In this document: piece after piece, positions 37,242 to 46,749 of the stretch | How positions within the stretch are numbered: the stretch's first letter is position 1 | Layout: each line of letters opens with the position of its first letter | Virus record (IMG/VR): IMGVR_UViG_3300022921_000002 | Location: 157,448 to 221,447 of that record | DNA: 64,000 bases | Direction: 5' to 3' (one strand) | Position numbers and translations under genes: made by a program | Notes under the pieces: model-generated | The model's input: only the letters and a program-made list of their open reading frames with translations | Told to the model about the DNA's origin: nothing | Databases searched by the model: none

Positions 37242-37991
37242 ATGGCTAAACAGCGAAGATTATCCCGCAAAGAAAAAAGAAGAGCAGAACGTGAACAGGA
37301 TTATATGATGGGCATTTTAAACACTAAGTTTTCAATGCGAAAGATTCAACCACTCACACCATCACAATCTGATCTATTTCAATCTTATAATAAAGGATAC
37401 AATATCGCAGCTATCGGAACAGCAGGTACAGGAAAAACAATGTGTGCTACATACTTGGCACTCAATGATGTACTACAGAAAGGAGAGTATGAAAAGATCA
37501 TCATTATTAGATCTGCAGTTCAGACACGCGAGCAGGGCTTTATGCCCGGATCACAAGCACAAAAAGAAGCGGTATTTGAATCACCATATACCGATATTGT
37601 GAATGACTTATTTGGAAGAAAGGATGCTTATCAAGTTCTAAAAACAAAAGGAATGATTGAGTTTAAAACTTCATCATTTGTCCGAGGATTAACTTTTGAC
37701 AATGCAATTATTATCGTGGACGAATGTCAATCAATGACATACCATGAACTTGACAGCATTATTACTCGTGTCGGAGAATCATCAAAGATTGTATTTTGTG
37801 GTGACACAAAACAAGATGATCTACAACAATCTAAAAACCGTGCCGATATTTCAGGATTAGTAAGCTTTGTTAAAGTACTAAATGCTATACCGTCCTGTGA
37901 TGTTGTAAAATTTGGAGTGGAAGATATTGTCCGCTCGGGATTGGTAAAAGAATATATAATTGCAAAAGAGAAACTATTAGAGGCCGCATAA
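37242..37991 (+). CDS. phoH: PhoH family ATPase
   Basis: GTAGTGKT, GFMPG, FVRGLTF, IVDECQ, FCGDTKQDD, DIVRSGLVK. Confidence 0.92.
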   Translation: MAKQRRLSRKEKRRAEREQDYMMGILNTKFSMRKIQPLTPSQSDLFQSYNKGYNIAAIGTAGTGKTMCATYLALNDVLQKGEYEKIIIIRSAVQTREQGFMPGSQAQKEAVFESPYTDIVNDLFGRKDAYQVLKTKGMIEFKTSSFVRGLTFDNAIIIVDECQSMTYHELDSIITRVGESSKIVFCGDTKQDDLQQSKNRADISGLVSFVKVLNAIPSCDVVKFGVEDIVRSGLVKEYIIAKEKLLEAA

Positions 37992-38290
37992 TGCCAGCAG
38001 TTATAAGAAAAGGGATAGATAGTCATATTGGACATTTCAGTACGACTCCTAACCCTTTTCATAAAACTAAATATGTTGTTGCAGGACAAGGTAAGGTTAC
38101 CGCTCAGGGTGGCCTTGCCGTAACAACAGGTGGATCAACAGCCTGCGGTGATGATGCCGTGGGCGGTTCATCAAAAGTAACTGCAGGTGGATACGCCGTC
38201 CATAGAACTGGTGATGCCACAAGTGGTCATGGTAGTTATGTTGCAAATGCCGCTTCGGCAGGTTCAGACAAGGTTACCGCCGGCGGATAA
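37991..38290 (+). CDS. PAAR-like spike tip protein (T4 gp5.4-like)
   Basis: 99 aa, Gly-rich; MPAVIRKG.DSHIGH, TACGD, VHRTGDATSGH, GSxKVTAGG repeats. Confidence 0.7.
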   Translation: MPAVIRKGIDSHIGHFSTTPNPFHKTKYVVAGQGKVTAQGGLAVTTGGSTACGDDAVGGSSKVTAGGYAVHRTGDATSGHGSYVANAASAGSDKVTAGG

Positions 38291-38297
38291 ATAACGC

Positions 38298-38528
38298 ATG
38301 GCAAATCCAAATTACGCATCCTTATTAGCACAAATTGCAGCGGAGACCGATCCCGTTGCTAAAGCAGCTTTGGAAGCACAACTTGTCATTGTCGCAGAAC
38401 TTACAGAAGAAGAAATAGAATTATTTGAGTATACCGCATTTGACTATATTGAATTTAACCCGGGTTATAATAACGAGTTCAAATCATATGTTGGCCAATA
38501 CTTTAATGACGACGGAGATTCAACCTAA
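38298..38528 (+). CDS. Hypothetical acidic virion-associated protein
   Basis: Between PAAR and fibre genes, coupled to the fibre. Confidence 0.5.
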   Translation: MANPNYASLLAQIAAETDPVAKAALEAQLVIVAELTEEEIELFEYTAFDYIEFNPGYNNEFKSYVGQYFNDDGDST

Positions 38529-41500
38529 TGGCTATTACCAAAAGAAGCACTAAAGGCACCTCATTAACATATAATGAGATGGACGATAACTTTGAAGCAA
38601 TCGCACCGAGAACATCCGCGGAAGGTTCACTGCAATTACCATCAGGTTCAACATCCCAACGAGATACAACACCGATTAATGGCTATATACGATATAACAG
38701 TACACTGAACCAATTTGAAGGTTATGTGAGTGGGCAATGGGAACGGGTTGAGTCAACAACACAAGTTGGTACAGCAAACCAAAATGCGTTTTCTGAATTT
38801 ATTATTGCAGGACAAACAAGTATTCTGGCGGATGCTGTCACTGATAGTATTACTTTTGCAAACAATGCTGGTATTTCTATTACGACCGATCCGTTAACCT
38901 CAACAATAACTTTTGAAAACACATCTATTCAAGATTTTGCTTTCTCAAGTTTAACAGGCGTACCAACAACAATTAGCGGTTATGGTATTACCGATGCATT
39001 TGACGGTGACTATACGAACTTAACAAATAAACCTACCATACCGACTAATAACAATGAGCTATTAAACGGTGCAGGATATATCAGTTCGTTTACAGAAACC
39101 GATCCTATATTCTCAGCATCCGCTGCTGCAAATATCATTTCGTCACAAGTTAGTAATTGGGATACTGCTTATGGTTGGGGTGACCATTCTATTCAAGGAT
39201 ATATCACTACCGAATCAAATGACTTAACTGTTGGTGTTACGTGGGTAACAGTTCCTGATCTTTATATTGCCAACACCGCGGTTGTTCAACACCAGGCTGA
39301 CTTATCAATTACTGAAAGTCAAATATCTGATCTTGGATCATATATTACTGAGGTACCTTCTGAATATTTAACCGAGACTGAAGGTGATGCTCGATATGTT
39401 ACTACCGAGACTGATCCTGTATTTAGTGCGCATACAACTTCAAATATTGTTGATGGCACAGGCTATCTTTATAATAACGGTAGCGGAACATGGATTTACG
39501 GTATACCAGGTGGTGGCGGTGGATCTGAGGTAAACGATTTAACAAGTGTAGTTACATGGACAACAGTTCCTGACGCATATATTTCAGAATCAAGTGTTAC
39601 ACAACACCAAGCCGCATTATCAATTACTGAAAGTCAAATATCTGATTTTGGTAGTTACCTTGCCGACGATTATACTTATACCGAAACTGATCCTATATTC
39701 TTGGCATCACCAGTTGGATCGGTAACAACAACACAAGTTAGTAATTGGGATACTGCTTATGGTTGGGGTGACCACTCAACACAAGGATATATTACAGGTG
39801 GATCAATTACTGAAACTGATCCTGTCTTTACCGCAGCGACAGTTAGTAGTATTACTGATGGCACAGGTTATCTTACAAACGATGGGTCAGGTAATTGGTC
39901 TTATGTTTCACCAAGTACTTTTATTACTCAAGGTAATGAAACAGTCACAACTTTAACTGCTGATTCAGTAAATCAAAAATTGGTATATACCGATGAAGAT
40001 GGTACACAAAATGATGTTGATTTATCTTGGACAATTGATGATACCAATCTTGCAAGACTTACATCGGGATCCGTTAATTCTAACACAAAGATTGCCACAT
40101 TTACTCGAGATGATGCCTCAACCTTTACAATAGATTTTAGTTCAATTGCCGCACCTTTAACAGGTTTGGTTGATGGTGACTTCACATCGGAAGGTTTGAT
40201 GAAAAGAGGTCAAAATGCTGGTGATTATGAAATCATAACCGATAATTCTAGTAATTGGAATACTGCTTATGGTTGGGGAGATCACAGTACAGCAGGTTAT
40301 AGCACTACATCTTATTCTGACTCCGATGTTGATACGCACTTAAATCAAGGTTCTGCATCCGCAGGTCAACTCCTGAGTTGGAACGGATCAGATTATCAAT
40401 TTACTGATCCACCTGCAAGTGGTATTGCACTTACTGATTTTAGTGTAATTCAAAATACTCCAGGTACACCTACTTTATCTTATAATAATTCAACAGGCGC
40501 ATTTACTTATACTCCACCAGATTTAAGTTCTTACCTAACAAGTGAAACGTCACACGCCGACGTTGTTGTTGATGGCGACTTTGCAACTACAGGATTGATG
40601 AAAAGAGGTGTAAGCGCAGGATCTTATACAACAATTACAGATAATTCTGGCAATTGGGATACTGCTTATGGTTGGGGTGACCACTCGCAAGCAGGTTATG
40701 CAACAGGTACTCTTTATACCGATAGTGATGTTGATAGCCATTTAAATAGTTCAACCGCAACTGTCAACCAAGTATTATCATGGACAGGCGCAGATTATGA
40801 TTGGATAACATTAGCAACATCAAGTTATGGTGATAATGATGTCAACCTGCACTTAAATCAAGCATCCGCTGGAACAAACAATGTTTTAATTTGGGATGGT
40901 TCTGACTATGCATGGACAACACAAGTATCAGGTGGCATCGCCTCGGTTAATGATGATACTTCTCCATCATTAGGCGGTAACTTAAATCTTAACGGCTATA
41001 ACATTACTGGTACACAAATTAACCTTAACGCATCAAGTTTTGTTGGTATTCCTCCAACAACTCTCGATGGCGGTAGGCTTGTGTTTAACCAAGGGCAAAC
41101 AGGTACGCCATCATCAAGCAACACCAATTGGTCTTATATTGAGGTTGAACGCGGTAACTCTACAAACGTATCTCTTCGTTGGCATGAAGGTCTGGACAGA
41201 TGGGAATTTACAAATAATGGTACCACCTGGGAAGAAATGGGATCAGCAACACCTGATTGGACAGATATTCAAAATACTCCTACAACCATTGCAGGATACG
41301 GAATTACCGACGCGTATGATGATTCCGCTGTTGATACACACTTAAACCGCAATACTGCTCAAATAAACGAAGTACTTACTTGGGATGGTTCTGACTATGC
41401 ATGGTCACAAGCAACAGGTGGTGCAGCTGCAACTGAAAATGTTAATTATGTTACCATATCAGGATCAACAACAATTCTTCTTGCTAACGAAGGTCATTTT

Positions 41501-43789
41501 AACTTAAGCATTACAAGTGCATCAAACGGAGCAACCATTTTCCTTTCAGGTACAGGATTTAATCCATCGGACGAGTTCCATGAATTTTATGTTTTATATG
41601 TTAGATCAACAAGTACAAGCCCTGTTATTACCTGGGACTCAAATATCTTTTGGGCATATCCAGGCGGTGCACCTGCCTTACCTGATTTTGGTAAAAGTAC
41701 TCTTTTAAGATTTGTTAGTTATAATGCAAATGCCACATCACCAGCTGTACCTTATTATACTGCTTTTATTGAAGTAGAAAACATATTACCCGACGGCCGC
41801 GGCGGACAAACTTTGGGATCATTTAATTATAGTGTCGCATACACTGGTGTTTTACCTTTGAAATTTGGTGGAGCGGTTTCACCTGAACCCGGTATACAGG
41901 ATGGTAATGTTTATGGGTCAGGAAACTTTGGTGATGGCGCGCATTGGTTTAATATTGATGGCGATACTCCTGGATATATTTGGGGCCATGCATCCGGCGC
42001 TTTATATTGTGTTGCTACACAACAATTTGGTGGTGGTGCTTATCAGCCTGGTACTGAGTCAATGTTTGAAAGTAGCCAACATAGAGACTTAACTTCTACT
42101 GCAGCAAATTCACCGTTTATGAGTCCAGACGGACTTAATTATTACAAAATTACTAACGATTACTCTCAATCTCCTGCCGGATATAAACTTCAACAGCATA
42201 CCGTAGGTACTGCATTTGATTTAAGTACGATAGCTACAAGTCCAACCAACACTATTACAGTTACCGATTCGGCAACAAACCAAAACTTCTATGATTCAAG
42301 TGGAAATTGGGGACGGCCTACTTTTATAAATTTTTCAAGTGATGGCACAAAGTTGTTTATTGGCGGAAGAATTGCAGTATTAGCAAGATATGATTTAAGC
42401 GTAGCTTGGGATATTTCCACCATAACTTTTTCATCAGGTACTATTGCTCAAGCAGATCAATCGGTACGGTTCCAATCCTCAAATTCGGCAACAAGTAGTG
42501 GAAGCTGGTTTATGACAGGAGATGGATCTCAGGTTTGGTTCCAAAACAACGGAACCGGCACCATTATGAGTGTTGATATTCCAACACCTTATGATTTATC
42601 TTCAGTAACAAACCCAACTACGGATCCGGTATCACAAGGTAACTATTCTAATGAATCAACAGCTTGGCCGTCAAATGGTTATCCTGCTGCTTTACTATGG
42701 AGTGAGGCAACCGCAACAGAAGCAGCAGGTAAATATTTCTTTATAATAAGAAATACCTCGGGGGCATGCCCAACGTGCCATCGTGGAACTTGTAGTACTC
42801 CATACGATTTATCTACAATTACCTGGGATGACATTTTACCTACAGGTAGTAATATAGGAGCGTTAAGGGATCAAAACGATAGTAATGAAATCTCTTTAAA
42901 CATTAGTATGGAAGATGGCATATATTTTAGAAACGAAAGTCAAGCAAGCACCAATGATAATTATGTTGTGGTTTTGGCATATGTGAACTCTAACAATGGG
43001 TTAGAGAGATGGGTACATTCAATAACTGACGGTAAGATTAATACAATAAATCCAACATTTTATGCTAAAGATAGTAATTATGATGGAACGGAATACCGAA
43101 CGTTTGGTTTAGACTTTACTCAAACTGAACAAATGGTATTTTTGGAAAGAAGAAGATATGGCAGTCCTTCTAATTATAATTGGTATATAAGTTATTGCAA
43201 TTTGCAAATTGGAAGTGGTTCATCTACGTTACCTGGAATTTCACGTAAAGATATTACAAGCGTGATAACCGAAGGTGGCTCATTGGCAACAAACCTTTCT
43301 ACAATATATGTAGTCGGTTTACAGTTAAGAAAAGATCAGCTTTGGGCAAGCAACGGCAACCCTGAAATGTATGTCTTGAAAATGGTTCAGTCAACAGAGG
43401 TTTATCTCCAAAGAATTGTTAATACGTCAGGTAGAACATCGGCAAATAACACTAATAGCGGTTGGTCAACTGCCACCCCTTACGTAGTATTAGATTTATA
43501 TAACTTAACGAACTATCCTCAAGATTCTAGGATTGCTGATTTTGTTATAACTCCTGACGGTACGAGACTTATTTGTGTATTTGAAGATGCATCTTTACAT
43601 CAGTGGTCAATGTCCACAGCTTGGGATATTACAAGTACAATTACTCACGACGGAACACAGTATATACCGATTAAACGAGGAACTGCTCATATGCCTACAC
43701 ATATCCGTTTTAATTCAGACGGTACATTAGTTTACATTGTGAATAGAGATAGCATGGTTTATCAATATTCAGTTCTATTAGATATTTAA
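38528..43789 (+). CDS. Long tail fibre / receptor-binding protein
   Basis: 1753 aa, Thr/Ser/Gly-rich; GYIRYNSTLNQFEGY; shaft repeats (NWDTAYGWGDHS, TETDPxF, DxHLN); C-terminal beta-propeller-like repeats (xxDGTxL, LSxAWDIST); followed by a chaperone gene. Confidence 0.8.
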   Translation: MAITKRSTKGTSLTYNEMDDNFEAIAPRTSAEGSLQLPSGSTSQRDTTPINGYIRYNSTLNQFEGYVSGQWERVESTTQVGTANQNAFSEFIIAGQTSILADAVTDSITFANNAGISITTDPLTSTITFENTSIQDFAFSSLTGVPTTISGYGITDAFDGDYTNLTNKPTIPTNNNELLNGAGYISSFTETDPIFSASAAANIISSQVSNWDTAYGWGDHSIQGYITTESNDLTVGVTWVTVPDLYIANTAVVQHQADLSITESQISDLGSYITEVPSEYLTETEGDARYVTTETDPVFSAHTTSNIVDGTGYLYNNGSGTWIYGIPGGGGGSEVNDLTSVVTWTTVPDAYISESSVTQHQAALSITESQISDFGSYLADDYTYTETDPIFLASPVGSVTTTQVSNWDTAYGWGDHSTQGYITGGSITETDPVFTAATVSSITDGTGYLTNDGSGNWSYVSPSTFITQGNETVTTLTADSVNQKLVYTDEDGTQNDVDLSWTIDDTNLARLTSGSVNSNTKIATFTRDDASTFTIDFSSIAAPLTGLVDGDFTSEGLMKRGQNAGDYEIITDNSSNWNTAYGWGDHSTAGYSTTSYSDSDVDTHLNQGSASAGQLLSWNGSDYQFTDPPASGIALTDFSVIQNTPGTPTLSYNNSTGAFTYTPPDLSSYLTSETSHADVVVDGDFATTGLMKRGVSAGSYTTITDNSGNWDTAYGWGDHSQAGYATGTLYTDSDVDSHLNSSTATVNQVLSWTGADYDWITLATSSYGDNDVNLHLNQASAGTNNVLIWDGSDYAWTTQVSGGIASVNDDTSPSLGGNLNLNGYNITGTQINLNASSFVGIPPTTLDGGRLVFNQGQTGTPSSSNTNWSYIEVERGNSTNVSLRWHEGLDRWEFTNNGTTWEEMGSATPDWTDIQNTPTTIAGYGITDAYDDSAVDTHLNRNTAQINEVLTWDGSDYAWSQATGGAAATENVNYVTISGSTTILLANEGHFNLSITSASNGATIFLSGTGFNPSDEFHEFYVLYVRSTSTSPVITWDSNIFWAYPGGAPALPDFGKSTLLRFVSYNANATSPAVPYYTAFIEVENILPDGRGGQTLGSFNYSVAYTGVLPLKFGGAVSPEPGIQDGNVYGSGNFGDGAHWFNIDGDTPGYIWGHASGALYCVATQQFGGGAYQPGTESMFESSQHRDLTSTAANSPFMSPDGLNYYKITNDYSQSPAGYKLQQHTVGTAFDLSTIATSPTNTITVTDSATNQNFYDSSGNWGRPTFINFSSDGTKLFIGGRIAVLARYDLSVAWDISTITFSSGTIAQADQSVRFQSSNSATSSGSWFMTGDGSQVWFQNNGTGTIMSVDIPTPYDLSSVTNPTTDPVSQGNYSNESTAWPSNGYPAALLWSEATATEAAGKYFFIIRNTSGACPTCHRGTCSTPYDLSTITWDDILPTGSNIGALRDQNDSNEISLNISMEDGIYFRNESQASTNDNYVVVLAYVNSNNGLERWVHSITDGKINTINPTFYAKDSNYDGTEYRTFGLDFTQTEQMVFLERRRYGSPSNYNWYISYCNLQIGSGSSTLPGISRKDITSVITEGGSLATNLSTIYVVGLQLRKDQLWASNGNPEMYVLKMVQSTEVYLQRIVNTSGRTSANNTNSGWSTATPYVVLDLYNLTNYPQDSRIADFVITPDGTRLICVFEDASLHQWSMSTAWDITSTITHDGTQYIPIKRGTAHMPTHIRFNSDGTLVYIVNRDSMVYQYSVLLDI
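39144..39774 (+). repeat. Intragenic direct repeats in the fibre gene
   Basis: 43-bp exact repeat at 39144-39186 and 39732-39774; 30-bp repeat at 39302-39331 and 39617-39646. Confidence 0.85.
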
Positions 43790-43801
43790 GGAAAGAGAAT
43801 A

Positions 43802-44233
43802 ATGCTTATACGAGTTAATGAAGATGGTACAATAATATATCCAGTAGAAGGTAAGGACATTCAAAAGTACGTTGAATTAGAAGGACTTGAGATTGAAGAT
43901 TTTACTGATTTGGATCTCTCAACAATTAGGATATATCCAGTTGACATACAAAATCCTGTAGGTACTGAAACGCAATCTGCCGTGCAGCATACCGAACCGA
44001 CATTGGTTGATGGCAATTGGGTTTTAGGATTTGATTTAGTATACCATTCTAATGAGGAATTAATTCAAAGCGCAAGTATTAAAAGGTGGAGACTATTATC
44101 TGAAACCGATTGGATGGCATGCTCGGATGTAACCATGAGCGATAATTGGAAAACCTATCGACAAGCACTACGTGATATTACTGAACAGGATGGATATCCT
44201 CAAACTATCAATTGGCCAACAAAACCTATTTGA
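43802..44233 (+). CDS. Tail fibre assembly chaperone
   Basis: RWRLLSETDW...WKTYRQALRDITEQDGYP..INWPTKP. Confidence 0.85.
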   Translation: MLIRVNEDGTIIYPVEGKDIQKYVELEGLEIEDFTDLDLSTIRIYPVDIQNPVGTETQSAVQHTEPTLVDGNWVLGFDLVYHSNEELIQSASIKRWRLLSETDWMACSDVTMSDNWKTYRQALRDITEQDGYPQTINWPTKPI

Positions 44234-44270
44234 CAAGTTCCTACTTCTATGATATTATACAATAGAATCA
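44230..44270 (+). promoter_or_regulatory. Early sigma70-type promoter
   Basis: TTGACA 44230, 17 nt, TATTAT; GAATC at 44265. Confidence 0.6.
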
Positions 44271-44285
44271 GATAAAGGATATATT

Positions 44286-44951
44286 ATGTTTAACCATGTT
44301 GACCACGGTGTTGTTTTACCTAAAATTACACGAGGTGCAGTAAACGGTCACCGCAAGTACTACACACCTGAAGGTAATGCTTACCCATCAATCACAACAG
44401 TTTTATCCATACTTTCAAAAGAAGGAATTATGGAATGGCGTAAACGTGTTGGTGAAGAGGAAGCAAATAAGATTTCTCGTCAAGCAGCAACTCGTGGTAC
44501 AGCAGTACACAAACTTGCTGAAGATTACCTTAACAATGATCCAAATTGGCAAGGTAAACAAATGCCCGCTAATTTAAATTCATTTAATGATTTGAGAAAG
44601 ATTATCGACGGTCGTTTAGATAACGTGTGGATGCAAGAAGAGTTTCTTTATAGTGATAAACTTAAGACTGCAGGTCAGGTTGATTGTATTGCCGAATATG
44701 ATGGTGAACTATCAGTAATTGATTTTAAAACAAGTCGTAAACCAAAAAAGGCAGAATGGATTGAAGGTTACTTTATTCAAGCATCATTTTATGCCGCGGC
44801 ATTCCTTGAAAGAACAGGTATACCAATCAAACAAGCAGTAATCCTTATTACAGTTGATGGCCATGAGGCACAAGTATTTAAGATCAGAACATTTGATTAT
44901 CTTGAACACTTCCTTGCAGTCCGTAAAAAATATGCTGAAATAAATGAATAA
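44286..44951 (+). CDS. PD-(D/E)xK exonuclease
   Basis: YPSITTVL, RGTAVH, AGQVDCIAEY, IDFKTS, YFIQ. Confidence 0.85.
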   Translation: MFNHVDHGVVLPKITRGAVNGHRKYYTPEGNAYPSITTVLSILSKEGIMEWRKRVGEEEANKISRQAATRGTAVHKLAEDYLNNDPNWQGKQMPANLNSFNDLRKIIDGRLDNVWMQEEFLYSDKLKTAGQVDCIAEYDGELSVIDFKTSRKPKKAEWIEGYFIQASFYAAAFLERTGIPIKQAVILITVDGHEAQVFKIRTFDYLEHFLAVRKKYAEINE

Positions 44952-45026
44952 TTTGAAATTAAATCAAATTAACCATTGACATTTGGAATAGAATCAGTTA
45001 TATTAGAATCATCAAATAAAGGAAAA
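44950..45026 (+). repeat. 77-bp promoter/stem-loop repeat, copy 2
   Basis: 72/77 identical to 35839-35915. Confidence 0.9.
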
Positions 45027-45031
45027 CTACT

Positions 45032-45376
45032 ATGACAAAATTCGACAAAACAAAATTTAGCTTTCACGGCGGTTACTTGACATACACAGGTGATTATGAA
45101 GGTCGTCCTGTCTATAAAGAAGGTAAAAATGTTCATCCTTCAAATGTAGGTCGTGGCATTGATTTGTTTATTGCTCGTTTCAAGTACAGTGGTACACCAA
45201 TCACAAAAGCAAAATTTCTTAAAGAACTGATTAGAAATTTTACTGTTGAAGAATATGTTGCAGCTCGTAACGGTCACGAAGTTTCGCCATTAGGAGTTCT
45301 TGATAACAAAAACCCAGGTTGGTCCGATAAGATTGTAGTAGCTTGGCGTGAAAAGCGAGGTATGAAAACTCTATGA
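45032..45376 (+). CDS. Hypothetical early protein
   Basis: Behind the repeat promoter; FIARFKY motif. Confidence 0.6.
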   Translation: MTKFDKTKFSFHGGYLTYTGDYEGRPVYKEGKNVHPSNVGRGIDLFIARFKYSGTPITKAKFLKELIRNFTVEEYVAARNGHEVSPLGVLDNKNPGWSDKIVVAWREKRGMKTL

Positions 45377-45942
45377 ATATATTTGTCCTTGATGAAAACC
45401 CCAAAATCGCGGCACAGATGGTCTGTGATAAGCATTGCTCGAAGATGATTATTGAGTCAGGGCAAATGCTTTCTACGGCCCATAGAATGCTTGACGGCTA
45501 TATAGAACCGCGACCTTCTAAATCAGGAAAACGTATCGTAAAATATTACGTTCATCCTGACACTGAAATGGAGAATGTTCTATACAAAGCGGTACATCAT
45601 TATCATCCTTGCACCGTTTGGTCGACGTTATCAAAAGCTAATTATATATGGCATTATGAGCACTTTCTAGGGCTCATAGAAGAATTCTCAGTGCGGTACA
45701 AAAAGTATCATATGACTGCGAGTAAGCTTAAAGATATCCTTGCTAGTCCTCCGCAGAATATACCGGATATTGGTATAACAGAATTTCCGCAAGCAATGAA
45801 TAATTTTCCTTTATGTAAGGTTGAAGGTAATCCTGTTAGTGCATATCGTAAGTATTATAGTATGACTAAACATTTTGCAAAATGGGAAAAAGGTCGTGAA
45901 GCGCCATCGTGGTGGCAAGGATTTATAGGATACCCAGCGTGA
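45373..45942 (+). CDS. Pyrimidine dimer DNA glycosylase / endonuclease V-like protein
   Basis: MNIFVLD...CDKHCSKMIIESGQMLSTAH...HPCTVW...AYRKYY. Confidence 0.75.
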   Translation: MNIFVLDENPKIAAQMVCDKHCSKMIIESGQMLSTAHRMLDGYIEPRPSKSGKRIVKYYVHPDTEMENVLYKAVHHYHPCTVWSTLSKANYIWHYEHFLGLIEEFSVRYKKYHMTASKLKDILASPPQNIPDIGITEFPQAMNNFPLCKVEGNPVSAYRKYYSMTKHFAKWEKGREAPSWWQGFIGYPA

Positions 45943-46265
45943 GATATATTCTGTTAGATCAAGATGCTGGTATTTTTTTAGGTACACACCGTGTTCCTTT
46001 AGGTAACAATGAGTACGAAGGTTTTGTTATATTTTCATTAAACAATCCGTTTGGAATAACAAAGGCATATTCGTTTGATAATATAAAAGATGCTGAACTC
46101 TATATGCGGGCTTTTTTAATTAACGAATTTCCTGATATCCGTGTACTTGAAATTGAATGTCAAAACAAATACGTTGATGTTGTTGACCTACTCAAAAACG
46201 GTCTTGATGAGTTTACCTTTGATATGATTGATAATATTCCAATGATAAATGATACAGTTCATTAA
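45939..46265 (+). CDS. Hypothetical protein
   Basis: GTGA coupling; intact ORF. Confidence 0.5.
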   Translation: MRYILLDQDAGIFLGTHRVPLGNNEYEGFVIFSLNNPFGITKAYSFDNIKDAELYMRAFLINEFPDIRVLEIECQNKYVDVVDLLKNGLDEFTFDMIDNIPMINDTVH

Positions 46266-46344
46266 TTTCTTTTTAAATCAAATTAACTATTGACATTTGG
46301 TTTAGAATCAGTTATATTATTAATATAACAAATGAAAAGGAATC
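46262..46344 (+). promoter_or_regulatory. Early promoter element with stem-loop and TTAA-N7-TTAA
   Basis: TTAA 46262, N7, TTAA 46273; TTGACA 46290, 17 nt, TATATT 46313; GAATC at 46305 and 46340. Confidence 0.8.
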
Positions 46345-46348
46345 AGTT

Positions 46349-46678
46349 ATGACAACTCAAACTCAAAAATTTTGGAAAGAAACACCACTTGCAAACGTAG
46401 CTTCATTAGTCGCAACTTTTCGTGGTTACGCTGCCCAGGAGGCTGATCTTGCTGATCTGTATAATTCAGACGCAGATGATTTTCATAAAGCAATTGTTCT
46501 TTTTCGTCAGTCGGACTCTGAAGGTCTTTCACAATACGTTTCAGAAATGGATACTTCTGCTCGTGAAGACTTGGTTGAAGCTTTTTGGTTTGACTGTGGT
46601 AACGATTTCGTTGAAAATGTTCTTGGTTTTTCAATGAGTAAATCTTGGATTAGAGAGAATACTCAGCAAGCTGCATAA
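46349..46678 (+). CDS. Hypothetical early protein, similar to a module of the 1038-4301 polyprotein
   Basis: YA...DxxDFxKA...VxxxDTxxRExL shared pattern. Confidence 0.6.
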   Translation: MTTQTQKFWKETPLANVASLVATFRGYAAQEADLADLYNSDADDFHKAIVLFRQSDSEGLSQYVSEMDTSAREDLVEAFWFDCGNDFVENVLGFSMSKSWIRENTQQAA

Positions 46679-46713
46679 TAACTATTGACAAATGCTTTAG
46701 AATCAGATATATT
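46678..46713 (+). promoter_or_regulatory. Early sigma70-type promoter
   Basis: TTGACA 46685, 17 nt, TATATT 46708; GAATC at 46700. Confidence 0.8.
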
Positions 46714-46749
46714 AAATATATCGTAACAAACAAACTTAGGAAAAATATC

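Noticed and set aside
39144-41404. Fibre repeats as a CRISPR array or DGR template/variable repeats
   Set aside because: Repeats are in-frame coding, irregularly spaced and show no adenine-specific divergence; no cas or reverse transcriptase gene in the window
44286-44951. Exonuclease as evidence of a CRISPR-Cas (Cas4) system
   Set aside because: Stand-alone PD-(D/E)xK nuclease without the Cas4 four-Cys cluster, array or other cas genes
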